From NCBI RefSeq assembly GCF_001194135.2, contig NC_069005.1:34470834-34534833 (forward strand): a stretch of 64,000 nucleotides of DNA, written 5' to 3'. This DNA comes from Octopus bimaculoides (taxonomy: Eukaryota). Positions 13,991 to 26,090 of the stretch are shown here, piece by piece. The first letter of the stretch is position 1; each line of letters begins with the position of its first letter. The translations under genes were made by a program, and so were the position numbers. The notes below the pieces were generated by a model. The model was not told where the DNA came from, did no database searches, and saw nothing but the letters and a program-made list of their open reading frames with translations.

Positions 13991-14080
13991 TAAGTACTAG
14001 TTACGTACTGGGGTCGATCTAATCGACTGTCCCCCCTCCCCCAAAATTTCGGGCCTTGTGCTTAGAATAGAAAAGAATAT
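13991..14080 (+). mobile_element. SINE family A, 3' part
   Basis: TAAGTACTAG...ACTGGGGTCGATCTAATCGACT...CCAAAATTTCGGGCCTTGTGCTTAGAATAGAAAAGAATAT. Confidence 0.85.
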
Positions 14081-14911
14081 ATAACAAGAGTTTTGTTGAC
14101 TATTTATAATTGCTTATGAAATATAATTATAGCCACCGAGTTTACCGGTCCGTTTCAGTTATGTCTGAATGGAATTCAGTTTATGAATAATTGAAAATCT
14201 TTAATATGGCAATGCTGAGCTATAACAACAACATCGACAAAACAAAGATAAAGAAACGTTGAAAGTTTTTCGCTCCGGAATGAGTACTAGGTATGTCCTC
14301 TTCATCTGCAATCCAGGCGCTGTTATGGCGCTCCCACTACGTTACTTACTCAACCAAATCAGAATGTCTTACATTGATATAATTCACTTAACAAGCTTAT
14401 AATAGGTTTTCTAACGAAAAAGACAAAAGGATACAGTATATATGGTATATTTAGGCATTTTACCGAATAGCTTGTATTATTTGCCCGCTGAACAACTGAG
14501 AAATTCAATTAGACAGAATTAGTTCTGTAGCAACACGAACGAATATTCTGCTATCTCCACAATAATATAGTAATTGCCACTTAATTGGAAGAATTAGGGC
14601 GAAATTTTCTTCAAAAATTCCGACGGCGATGGATAGCCAGGTCCGTTGGCTGTGGTAAGAAATGATGAAATTTAAAAGTTATTAACTTTGGTTTTATCTC
14701 CCCCTCCATCTAATTGTGTTTGTCTGTCCATCTACATATCTATCACTCGTTATCTCATCAAGCTATCAAGATGTCTAAATAGTTATATATTTATATATTT
14801 ATCTCTCTCATCGCCAATCTGTCCGTATTTATTTCTTGTTCTTTACATTGATATACCATAATTATCTATCTTGGTATGTTTCGCCATCAACCATTCATAA
14901 TTCCTATCTAA

Positions 14912-14981
<70 letters not shown>

Positions 14982-15114
14982 GTCAGTCTGTCTGTCTGTC
15001 TATATATCTCTCCCAACCGAACTATATTTCTATATATTAGTTTAATTATCGATCTATCTCTTTTAACTTTTATTTCTCTCTCCCGACCATCTCTCTCTCT
15101 CTCTCTCTCTCTCT

Positions 15115-15177
<63 letters not shown>

Positions 15178-15407
15178 CATGTCTTTGTAGACCTGCGTGT
15201 CTTCCTACACATCAGTGTATCGAAAATATATGTAATTATGCATGCATATATATAAATATATGTATATGTATGTAAATGTATATGTATGTATATGTGTGTG
15301 TGTATCTATATCTATCTATATATTATATATTCATATACACACACACACACATATGCATGTTTGTATGTGTATATATAATATGTATGTATATACACACACA
15401 TATACAT

Positions 15408-15446
<39 letters not shown>

Positions 15447-15637
15447 TAGACAGACAGACAAACAGACGGACAGAGACGCGGACAGATATATTGTTAGATA
15501 TTTTAAATTTTACAATTTATTTGTGTGAGAGACACACTCACGCGCGCGCAAGCATATACTCTCTCACACACATCCTTGGTCACAGATGGGGACGTAGGTA
15601 CTCATCTCCATCTTGGATAAGAATACGTACAGCATGT

Positions 15638-15711
<74 letters not shown>

Positions 15712-16861
15712 TAATAGATTAATTTCAAGCAAACCAATGGCAAAACAGAAACCTATGTTTGTTTACAATCTACTACATGTAGTTTATCAAAAGCGCTTAT
15801 TGCATATTTATCTTATGAATTCCACAATCACGTTTCCATCCACGTGATTGTGAAAATGGAAGGTGTATGTCACTGTTGTTGTTGTTATCCTTGTTGTTGT
15901 TAAGATATATATGTATATTTTATTTATATTCATTTTCCTACATTCACGTATCAATTCTCCTTTAATATATTGATTCCCATTTCATGATCAATCTGATATA
16001 CGTTTTTAACTCTACGTGTTCCTTACATGAAGATAATATGAAACCATAGTTACGAACAACAAAATTTTCTTAAAAAAAAAAGAAAAAAAAAAATTCCAAC
16101 CTGATCTGCCCTAAGGTCTGCTAAGGAGCACAAACCAACCCAATCACTGACTTCAGGTTAAATTTTGAGCAGTTTCNNNNNNNNNNNNNNNNNNNNNNNN
16201 NNNNNNNNNNNNNNNNNNNNNNNNNNNNNNNNNNNNNNNNNNNNNNNNNNNNNNNNNNNNNNNNNNNNNNNNNNNNNNNNNNNNNNNNNNNNNNNNNNNN
16301 NNNNNNNNNNNNNNNNNNNNNNNNNNNNNNNNNNNNNNNNNNNNNNNNNNNNNNNNNNNNNNNNNNNNNNNNNNNNNNNNNNNNNNNNNNNNNNNNNNNN
16401 NNNNNNNNNNNNNNNNNNNNNNNNNNNNNNNNNNNNNNNNNNNNNNNNNNNNNNNNNNNNNNNNNNNNNNNNNNNNNNNNNNNNNNNNNNNNNNNNNNNN
16501 NNNNNNNNNNNNNNNNNNNNNNNNNNNNNNNNNNNNNNNNNNNNNNNNNNNNNNNNNNNNNNNNNNNNNNNNNNNNNNNNNNNNNNNNNNNNNNNNNNNN
16601 NNNNNNNNNNNNNNNNNNNNNNNNNNNNNNNNNNNNNNNNNNNNNNNNNNNNNNNNNNNNNNNNNNNNNNNNNNNNNNNNNNNNNNNNNNNNNNNNNNNN
16701 NNNNNNNNNNNNNNNNNNNNNNNNNNNNNNNNNNNNNNNNNNNNNNNNNNNNNNNNNNNNNNNNNNNNNNNNNNNNNNNNNNNNNNNNNNNNNNNNNNNN
16801 NNNNNNNNNNNNNNATTTGTTATATATTTATATTAAACAAATCGTTAAATTGTTAATCTGA

Positions 16862-17130
16862 ATTCGTTTCTTATTTCTAGTTTCTTGTTCGATGGCTATC
16901 CTCAATTCGTTGACCGTTTCCACTTTTGATTCATAGAATTTAATCTTTTAAGTAATCACATAGAAGAGATCTAGTGCTTTGAGATCCGGTGAACGCTAAG
17001 CAGATTCTACTCGACCACCTGTTTTAGAAAATTTTATCGAGTTACGTCTTTATATTCCTATGATAGTGTGGAAGTGCCCAAATAATGCTGGAAATAAACT
17101 TCACATCTTCACCAATATATCAAAAGAAAC
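16862..17130 (-). mobile_element. Decayed Tc1/mariner-superfamily transposase C-terminus resembling DD41D (rosa/Visitor)
   Basis: YFQH..ALPHYHRNIKT*LDKIF*NRW..GRVE..RSPDLKALDLF..DYLKD..YESKVETVNELRIAIEQE across several frameshifts. Exact D-D spacing cannot be counted because of indels. Confidence 0.7.
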
Positions 17131-17878
17131 TTTTCACTTTTGGCGGAACTTCACAAACCTCTTAAAAGTTAAATGTTTAACTTAACGTATTGAGTTCTTT
17201 ATTCTGTTAATTCTATCAATGCTGCTATTGCTGTTGTTGTTGTTGTGTATGCATATATATATATAAACATATTTATGTGTGTATACCTGGTGCTGATGGT
17301 GGGTAACGGTTGCCTACTTCATATAGATATGAATGTTATATTGCAGCATCTATGCACATATGCAAGTGTATGCACCCTTGTGTGCACCTACGAGCATGTG
17401 ATATCAGTGAAAAGGCATCTATACAGAATTAAAGATGAATGCGTAAAAATTGGGTAATTTGTGACAATAAGTTTTGTATGTATGAATGTATATATATATA
17501 TATATATATATNNNNNNNNNNNNNNNNNNNNNNNNNNNNNNNNNNNNNNNNNNNNNNNNNNNNNNNNNNNNNNNNNNNNNNNNNNNNNNNNNNNNNNNNN
17601 NNNNNNNNNNNNNNNNNNNNNNNNNNNNNNNNNNNNNNNNNNNNNNNNNNNNNNNNNNNNNNNNNNNNNNNNNNNNNNNNNNNNNNNNNNNNNNNNNNNN
17701 NNNNNNNNNNNNNNNNNNNNNNNNNNNNNNNNNNNNNNNNNNNNNNNNNNNNNNNNNNNNNNNNNNNNNNNNNNNNNNNNNNNNNNNNNNNNNNNNNNNN
17801 NNNNNNNNNNNNNNNNNNNNNNNNNNNNNNNNNNNNNNNNNNNNNNNNNNNNNNNNNNNNNNNNNNNNNNNNNNNNNN

Positions 17879-17946
<68 letters not shown>

Positions 17947-18015
17947 TGTATGTATATCAGACAGACAGATGGTCCAGTAGGCAGAAAGAGAGACAGACAG
18001 ACAAATAGATGAATG

Positions 18016-18017
<2 letters not shown>

Positions 18018-18104
<87 letters not shown>

Positions 18105-18125
18105 GTAGATAAATAGATAGATAGA
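18018..18125. repeat. (TAGA)n microsatellite about 200 bp downstream of the CNG exon donor
   Basis: Directly visible. Similar (TAGA)n/(TCTA)n tracts occur near 1480, 10476, 14912, 15639, 21920, 24309, 24790 and 35452. Confidence 0.98.
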
Positions 18126-18328
18126 AGATAAAGAGGAAGAGATAGAAAGAGATTGTTGGAGAGATAAACTAAGGTAGAAAATGGCAAAGAGTAGAGAGAC
18201 ATATTAATGGCGTATTTTATTGTTATAATAAATGGTGAACAATACTGAATATAAACATACAAATAAGACAATGAAATATATAGATAGATCTAAGAAAGAA
18301 GAGCAATTATTGTATATATAGTACTTAC

Positions 18329-19440
18329 TCCCAGTTTGTGGTTGGTGGAGGAAGATCTCCTATGGTGGTCAACGTCAGGGTTGACCAGAACAGTGAATAT
18401 AGGTACTTCCGAGTTACCGAGGAGTACTCCCCAACAGGTTGAGGGTAGGTCCAGTCTCCGACGAAATTTTCCGCTTCCGAAATGAGGTAAAAAAATGCTG
18501 CAAACCAATGAGCACCCAAGAAGAGTATGTGGGTGAGATTTGCCACCCGAAATAGGTTAGGATAAGGCGTCCGGGATTCTAACATGTGACTGCATCTTAA
18601 TGACCTGTATACCTTGAGAAAACGTGGAAAACGAAGTATTGGATGCCAACCAATGGCGAACTGTAAGAAGTCTAATGGGGCTAAACATGCAACGTCCATA
18701 CGGAAGTCTGATGAAGAGTAATAGTTTTTGCTGAGTTTCTTCGAGTCGTACACGAGCAAACCTTGCTCTAAATATCCGGTACGGAACTGTACAACGATGT
18801 CTATTAAGTAGATGACATCACAAATTACATCAAAGCTGGTCCAAAGAGCTATATGTTGAAGTTGTATTTCTTGAAACGCCTCTCGCGCTATACACGTCCA
18901 AAGGTTATAAAGAACAGCCAGTGTCAACATGAAGAGCCAATACATCATAAAAGTACCCTCGGGACTAAGCACGTAGTGATGGTTACGTTTTTCTTCTTCC
19001 TTGCGTTCCACTTGTAAAGCCAAACCTTCGTCTTCTGAATCACTTTCCATATCGATGTTGCTGTTGTTACGAGTTGAGAATTTGCGTAAGAAGGAATCCT
19101 GGCGGTGGTGATTATAGCGACGTTTCGATCGTTGTTTCACGGCGCTTGCAATTTGAACTGTGGTCCGTAGTTTCGACCAATGTGATAGAGTTCCACCTGC
19201 GGGTTCCGCTGCATTCGAAGAGGCCTCGTTATCACCGGATGTTGTACCCTGTGCTGCTGCAGTTGCCGCCGCTGCAGCCGCCACGGCATTGGCGCGTTTT
19301 CTGGCCAAAAGACGAGAGATTTTCTCAAGCTTCGCGGCATCGATATCGGGTTCTTTCTCAGAAGATTCCTCACCTGGTTTCCCTGCAGATCTGTCTGTGA
19401 AGGGTCCCGCATTTGACCCTTCTTTTGGTTTGTCGTCCAT
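18329..19440 (-). CDS. Cyclic nucleotide-gated cation channel, alpha-type, invertebrate CG42260-like class; single exon encoding the N-terminus, S1-S5 and pore (partial gene)
   Basis: About 370-codon ORF with CNG hallmarks: WLFMLTLAVLYNLW (S1), DVIYLIDIVVQFRTGYLEQGLLVYD (S2), PILRFPRFLKVYR (S4), ESRTPYPNLFRVANL, HWFAAFFY (S5), pore YSLFWSTLTLTTIGDLPPP. ATG context CTCAAAATGG. Acceptor tttctttctttctgttgtag at 19483 and donor GA|GTAAGT at 18328 (phase 2). The CG42260-like assignment is from recalled similarity, not a search. Confidence 0.95.
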
Positions 19441-19562
19441 TTTGAGGGGTTGGATTCTGCCTTCTATTTCGTCTTGACAAAACTACAACAGAAAGAAAGA
19501 AAATATCATTTGTTGAGTGAAGAAAGTGGGTGTACGATGTGCATGTACATACAAACACACTT

Positions 19563-19565
<3 letters not shown>

Positions 19566-19594
<29 letters not shown>

Positions 19595-19680
19595 TGTATG
19601 TATGTATGTATGTATGTATGTATGTACGTATGTACGTATGTATGCATGTATGCATGTACATATGTATGTATGTATATATA
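19566..19680. repeat. (TATG)n microsatellite just upstream of the CNG acceptor
   Basis: Directly visible. Confidence 0.98.
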
Positions 19681-19853
19681 TATATATTACGGTTATCAAT
19701 TTGGTTGGCAACATTCCTATTGTGAAATCGTGTGTTTAAACCGATATTATATTTCGGGATGGTCAATTTTTTTGCCAAATAAACACACGCACTATATATT
19801 TTTTCTTCACTCTTTTATTACTGTTCTTATTTTATTATTTTAATTCATGTCCA

Positions 19854-19905
<52 letters not shown>

Positions 19906-21437
19906 CCTGTGTGTGTGTGTGTGTGTAAAATACACACATATATGCATACCTGCATACACATACGTATCCACCCACGCACATTCGCACAAACAAATTATAC
20001 GTAAATATATATGTCTGTGTGTGTATCTTCGTGTGTGTGCATGTGTGTGTATACTTACATATAAATAAATAAATAAATAAATATATATATANNNNNNNNN
20101 NNNNNNNNNNNNNNNNNNNNNNNNNNNNNNNNNNNNNNNNNNNNNNNNNNNNNNNNNNNNNNNNNNNNNNNNNNNNNNNNNNNNNNNNNNNNNNNNNNNN
20201 NNNNNNNNNNNNNNNNNNNNNNNNNNNNNNNNNNNNNNNNNNNNNNNNNNNNNNNNNNNNNNNNNNNNNNNNNNNNNNNNNNNNNNNNNNNNNNNNNNNN
20301 NNNNNNNNNNNNNNNNNNNNNNNNNNNNNNNNNNNNNNNNNNNNNNNNNNNNNNNNNNNNNNNNNNNNNNNNNNNNNNNNNNNNNNNNNNNNNNNNNNNN
20401 NNNNNNNNNNNNNNNNNNNNNNNNNNNNNNNNNNNNNNNNNNNNNNNNNNNNNNNNNNNNNNNNNNNNNNNNNNNNNNNNNNNNNNNNNNNNNNNNNNNN
20501 NNNNNNNNNNNNNNNNNNNNNNNNNNNNNNNNNNNNNNNNNNNNNNNNNNNNNNNNNNNNNNNNNNNNNNNNNNNNNNNNNNNNNNNNNNNNNNNNNNNN
20601 NNNNNNNNNNNNNNNNNNNNNNNNNNNNNNNNNNNNNNNNNNNNNNNNNNNNNNNNNNNNNNNNNNNNNNNNNNNNNNNNNNNNNNNNNNNNNNNNNNNN
20701 NNNNNNNNNNNNNNNNNNNNNNNNNNNNNNNNNNNNNNNNNNNNNNNNNNNNNNNNNNNNNNNNNNNNNNNNNNNNNNNNNNNNNNNNNNNNNNNNNNNN
20801 NNNNNNNNNNNNNNNNNNNNNNNNNNNNNNNNNNNNNNNNNNNNNNNNNNNNNNNNNNNNNNNNNNNNNNNNNNNNNNNNNNNNNNNNNNNNNNNTGGGG
20901 TGGAGAGTCGGGGGTGGGAGGGGTAATCCAGAAGTTGTAGACCAATTGGTATGTGTTGAGTAAATGATAATAATCACATTTCAGTAAAATAGGTTGATAA
21001 AGTGTGTAAATATTTACGAGAGCTGAAGACTGAAATATTGAATGTAGACAGAAAATTGGTGGCAGTCATTGTAGAATTGTCATGTGAGTGTTGGCAGAGA
21101 AAGAATACTCGAAGAATTGGCTGAGAAACCTTCGTTGCATGTTAGTGTTGGTTAGAAACTTTGCTTATTCATCATCCAATGCCTTCCACATTGTAAAAGA
21201 GCACATTCTTCCAGTTTGCAGGGGTTAACACCGCCATGATTTCGAAACGAAAGAACCAGACGCGAGCGGGAAAATATGGCAACAATTGGGCCCTTTAGGG
21301 CACAATTTACCTATCATCCTCTTCACTTGTGAATTAGTCCCCTAATTTAAAGTTCTAACAAAATTTAATGAGTGTAAACAAATCATTTCCAAAATTCAAT
21401 AAAACTGTGAGCCCACGCAAACACGTATAAAGATATC

Positions 21438-21468
<31 letters not shown>

Positions 21469-21918
21469 GTACACAATAAAAAAAGTGTGATGCATTATGT
21501 AATAGAATAGAGATTGACGTTTTTTATTGAACAATGGCAAATATTGGTGGTGGTCGTGTCGTGATAGTAATGATGATGGTGACGTTGGCAGTGGGGAGCA
21601 TAGTGGTAGTCGTAGTGGTCATGGCGTGAGTAGCGGGTTTTAATGGTGGTGGGGATAGGTCGGTGGTGGTGGTAGCGGTGGAGATGGTTGCGATATGGGC
21701 GACCGTTAGGGTTCAACGGTGGTAGTAGTGATGCTGGTGGTGGTGGCGGTGGCGGTGGCGGTGGCGATGGTAGTTGTAATGGCGATAGTGAGGAAAGTAG
21801 GGGTGACGTCGAAAATGTCCGTTAGCGGTAAAGTCATTTGATAGAGGAAGAAAGAAACAGACAGACAGACAGACAGACAGGCAGGCAGGCAGACAGACAG
21901 GCAGGCAGGCAGACAGAC

Positions 21919-21950
<32 letters not shown>

Positions 21951-22513
21951 GTCAGTGTGGGGTATATAAAACTTTAATTAAAAAATTCTCGAAGCAAATG
22001 GACAGAAACGAATTGCTTTGGTCAATTGAAGCATTGAAGCATGGCTTACAAAACGGTAAAGTGTTGTAGGGAGAATTGGTGCTTTCTTGGATATAAAATA
22101 ATTGAATGGTAGTGAAAGAATTATCCGATGCCAAGAGCAATGACAGTGAATCAATCCTTCCTCTACTGAAAAATGTTAATTTTGTCCAATTCCTCAAAAC
22201 GACGAGGAGACATCTTTTGAAAAGGATCTGAACTGACAGATAAATGAAGAATTATGATATTTCGGTGACATTCCAAAAGAAATCTTTCATTTGAATCTAG
22301 GATATCTTTATTTATTTATTTATCTTCGTTTCTTTGTTAATATGACCGGGCATCTTAGAAATGAAGTTGTTAGTGGAGACTTTCAGATGTATAGTTTATG
22401 GCTTTGTGGTTAATCGGAGGTCGCAGGATCAAACCTTGCTTTTAATCTTCTGAAACTATTGATTTCTTTTGAGAAAGTCGCAGCTCATATTTCACCAATA
22501 ACATCAACACTGA

Positions 22514-22640
22514 CGCCGCCGCCGCCGTCGCCGCCGACCCGTCGCCGCCGTCGCCGCCGACCCGCCACCGCCACTACCGCCACCACCGTCGCTGCTGCCA
22601 CCGTGTCGATGCCGCCGCCACCGCTGTTGTCGCCACCCTG
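22514..22640. repeat. GC-rich (GCC/CCG/CCA)n trinucleotide tract
   Basis: Directly visible. A complementary (GGC/GGT)n tract lies at 22956-23020. Confidence 0.95.
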
Positions 22641-22698
22641 CTGACTCCGTTGATATGAGTGTCCAAAATTTGTTACTGCTGTTGTTGTCTCAATTCGG

Positions 22699-22850
22699 CA
22701 GACTTATGAACGAAGGTGTTCTATTCATGACCATCCCGTCCTAGACATTCCAAATTTAGGACTACATTACTGAAGGTGTCTCAGGACGGTAGGGTGTGAT
22801 TTGAAAGAGTTTTGCTGGATATTTCTTGCGACCACATAGACGAACCCACG
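22699..22850 (+). repeat. Dispersed repeat family C (class unassigned); other copies at 12221-12280 (+), 12421-12470 (-), 31020-31080 (-), 50412-50446 (-), 63740-63781 (+)
   Basis: Shared motifs AGGGTG(T/G)(G/A)ATTTGA(A/G)GGAGA...GCT(G/A)TTTCTAGC and CATGACCATCCCGTC recur in both orientations. Confidence 0.7.
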
Positions 22851-23375
22851 TTCTTGTTCACCTTAAACAACTCTATGACGTCCTTCGTAGCTGCTTGTTG
22901 TTGACTTTCCATTGAGTCGCCGGTGTATGTGTACGTAACTCAACAGCTTGATAATGGCGGCGGTGGTGGCATCGCGGCGGCGGTGGCAGCGGCGGTGGCG
23001 GCGGTGGTGGCGGTGATCATAATGGCGACGACGGTTTGTAAGTCTTGTTGTTGCAATAGTCGCATTCGTCGCTCTCTTTCACCGCCCAGACACCCCACCG
23101 CCATCTACTGATTTCTATAGAAATATTTGAGCTGCAATATTTAGAGAGTAAGTCGGTTCCAAGTTCCTGCGAATTTTTGGAACATTTAAAGAAAAACTTT
23201 TTTTTGACATGCGATCCTCAATGAGGTTTAACATTACAATTGATATTTTGCTATGTTTCTGCCAGCCACCTTGTCAATACATTTGCAAACTACCTCTTCC
23301 CCCTCTCCATCAGGATGCTACACGAAGTCACTGAATTTCAGAACTATTACAAATTATTTCACACTGATAACTCAC

Positions 23376-23400
23376 CTGGAATTTCCTGTCTACAAAATTC
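23376..23400 (-). other. Candidate 25-nt microexon of the CNG gene (49 nt from an alternative acceptor at 23424)
   Basis: ttctcgcag|GAATTTTGTAGACAGGAAATTCCAG|gtgagt. The donor is a perfect consensus and the segment reads open in frame into the 19482 exon. No transcript evidence. Confidence 0.4.
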
Positions 23401-23501
23401 CTGCGAGAATATTTGTTGATAAGGCTACAATAACATGGCCGACAGTTTGCAGATTTGGCACGGTTCAAAGAGAGACTTCAACTGTAATTTTACACAACGG
23501 C

Positions 23502-23730
23502 CACTGGAATAGTTCTGTTGTATAGTAGTGCGGTCGGGTCAATAACAGAAACTCTAGCAGAAGAGAATAACATTGGTTATTGTTCTGTTGTATAACAGAG
23601 AGGCCGGGTCAATAACAGAAACTCTAGCAGAAGAGAATAACACTAGTTATTGTTCTGTTGCATAGCAGAGAGGCCGGGTCAATAACAGAAACGCTGGCAA
23701 ATGAGATTAACACTGGATATTTTTCTCTTT
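23502..23730. repeat. Minisatellite, 70-bp period, about 3.3 copies, internally palindromic
   Basis: CGGGTCAATAACAGAAAC recurs at 23535, 23605 and 23675. Each unit has AATAAC-n4-GTTATT. Confidence 0.95.
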
Positions 23731-24078
23731 TACGATTTATACTTGGAATTCATTTTCCATAAAAACATTTTAGCAACAAAAACTACAAAAGAAACGATAA
23801 ATTACAGAAGCACTAATTTTTCTCTGCTCATAGTATTTTACAAGCAAAATCATTAATTCTGAGTAGACATGATTTAAGATGGCTAAACATACAAATGGCT
23901 ACCCTTTTAAATCACAAAAATATCCAGCTAGAGTTTTATTGTGAGGAAAAATTAAGAAAGAAATCGTTTCATAAGCTAATGATCGAGGCAAGAAGATGTA
24001 ATGCTACAGTTGGTAAAGCTGGTGATCTGGACAAGGGACTAACTGAGAAAGTTGACTGACCACAAAACCTCTTATGCA

Positions 24079-24308
24079 GGACGATGTCCGAGAGGAGAGA
24101 TTATTATGAATGTGGTCTGGCCGCTGAGGTCATGCATTCCCCATGGAAGCCCCTTTGGCATCACTGCTCTATCTCTCGGAAGACGAAAGTCCGCATGTAC
24201 ATTGTGTCGGTCCGCTTTCCTTCTCTATGGAGCAGAAACGTGGTCCCTCAACAAGACCTTGGCAAAGAGGATCGATGGCCTCGGTAGCAGCTTCCTACAA
24301 AGAACAGC
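24079..24308 (+). mobile_element. Decayed RTE-clade LINE fragment (region C-terminal to the RT core)
   Basis: GLAAEVMHSPWKPLWHHCSISRKTKVRMY, then after a frameshift LLYGAETWSLNKTLAKRIDG, the typical LLYGxETW motif. Truncated by (TAGA)n at about 24309. Confidence 0.8.
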
Positions 24309-24324
24309 GATAGATAGATAGATC

Positions 24325-24396
<72 letters not shown>

Positions 24397-24786
24397 TGCA
24401 TTCAAATATGAATTAGAAGCAGTTCGATATATGTAAAGAGACAGAGAGAAACGTACGCAGAAACCCGCTCACTGAACGAAATAGAGAGAAAAGAGCTGGA
24501 AGCAGACAGAGACAGGGTGGCGATGGCGGTAGCGGTAGTGGTAGTGGTGGCGGTGACGGGGATGGCTATAAAATTCAATAGAATCGAAGACCATTAAAAA
24601 AGGCAACATTGACACCATTCTAAACTCTACTGGTTTGTGGGGAATTGTTTTGTTGTTGCTTTTTATGTTGCTGTTGTTTTTCTTTTTCAAAGATTCTATC
24701 TTTTTCCTATTGTTGGCCAATTGATCGGATCAGAAACATGACTGGTGTACAATGAAACGTTACCATAGGAACACATAAAAACAGCA

Positions 24787-24817
<31 letters not shown>

Positions 24818-24822
24818 TTATC

Positions 24823-24875
<53 letters not shown>

Positions 24876-25524
24876 CTCTCTCTCTCTCTCTCTCTCTCNN
24901 NNNNNNNNNNNNNNNNNNNNNNNNNNNNNNNNNNNNNNNNNNNNNNNNNNNNNNNNNNNNNNNNNNNNNNNNNNNNNATATATATATATATATATATATA
25001 TATACGTATATATTCCACAGGTGAGGTCCGGAGATTTTCATTATAGGAGACACTTCGTGGTGCTGAAAAAGATTCAAACTTAGACTCCGATGTCTTTACA
25101 GGGGATCGATTCCATAGGGTAAAGGGTTACTATAAGAGGGATCAGGTCGAGCAGATATAGAGACAATTATGCGGGAAAACAAATTAGGTATATTAGATAT
25201 AATATAACAGTCTGGGCACAAAATATGTATACATGAAAGACGAGAGAAAGCGAGAGAAAGTAAAAGATATAGACTTTCAGACGATGAATATTTAAGTACA
25301 AATGAATAGATATTTCTCTCGTTTTTCATGTATACATACAGACATATTTTGTGTTTCATACCCAAACTGTTATATGATATTCAATACATCTAATTTGTTT
25401 ATACGCATAATTGCCTCTATTAATATATTTGTTTCAGAAACAGCAGCTAAATCATTGCTCATGTCATATTCGTCTAATGAAACCTATGCAAGTGTATTAG
25501 AGACAATCTACAAAAGTGAGATCA

Positions 25525-25538
25525 TCAGCATCATCGTC

Positions 25539-25592
<54 letters not shown>

Positions 25593-25640
25593 TTCATCAT
25601 CATAGTCGTCGTCATAGCTACATCGCCATCATCAACATAA
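25525..25640. repeat. (CAT)n microsatellite
   Basis: Directly visible. Confidence 0.97.
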
Positions 25641-26034
25641 TCCTCATCAAGAAGACCACCACCTGCAATAGCCGGTTCTTTTGGTCAAACTATCGTATCT
25701 CCAGCTGCTTCAGATGCCAAGATATCAAAAATTGTCAAAGTGTTGTACAATGGTTTTGCTATGGAATTGTGAAACTATTTTTTCCTTTTTCTGAAAATGC
25801 AACGTTTTGGATTTATGATATTTTTGCATAATAGCAACGATTATATATATATATATATATATATATAATGGAACGAAAACGCAATAAAACATTCGGACAG
25901 AAGGACAATACAAACGCAGACAGGAGTAACAACAATTAGAAGGACAGGGAAAAAAGAAGACGGGCGATTCGCGGTCTTCCTTTCTCAGTCAAGTTACCAG
26001 ATGTGCTTACCGTTTCGGGCAGTTACACTTGCGT

Positions 26035-26090
26035 AGTTGAAATTTATAGAAAAGCAAAAGACGAAGACAAGTGTATGAACAGCAAGAACG
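26035..26090 (-). repeat. Second copy of the 3' tail of the hammerhead-bearing element at 53563-53620
   Basis: GTTGAAATTTATAGAAAAGCAAAAGACGAAGAC versus GTTGAAATTTACAGAAAGACAAAAGACGAAGAC. Confidence 0.8.

Noticed and set aside
19074-19477. Plus-strand and alternative-frame ORFs overlapping the CNG exon
   Set aside because: Shadow ORFs of a GC-richer coding exon, with no independent features.
21988-22235. Codon-like stretch MDRNELLWSIEALKHG...
   Set aside because: Multiple stops and no recognisable family motif.
23502-23730. CRISPR-like appearance of palindromic repeats
   Set aside because: Units are contiguous and near-identical with no unique spacers, there are no cas genes, and the context is eukaryotic.
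26011-26027. Possible 17-nt microexon exonised from the retroelement tail (gcaag|...|GTAAGC)
   Set aside because: Weak acceptor, and the polypyrimidine tract is just the repeat tail. No independent support.
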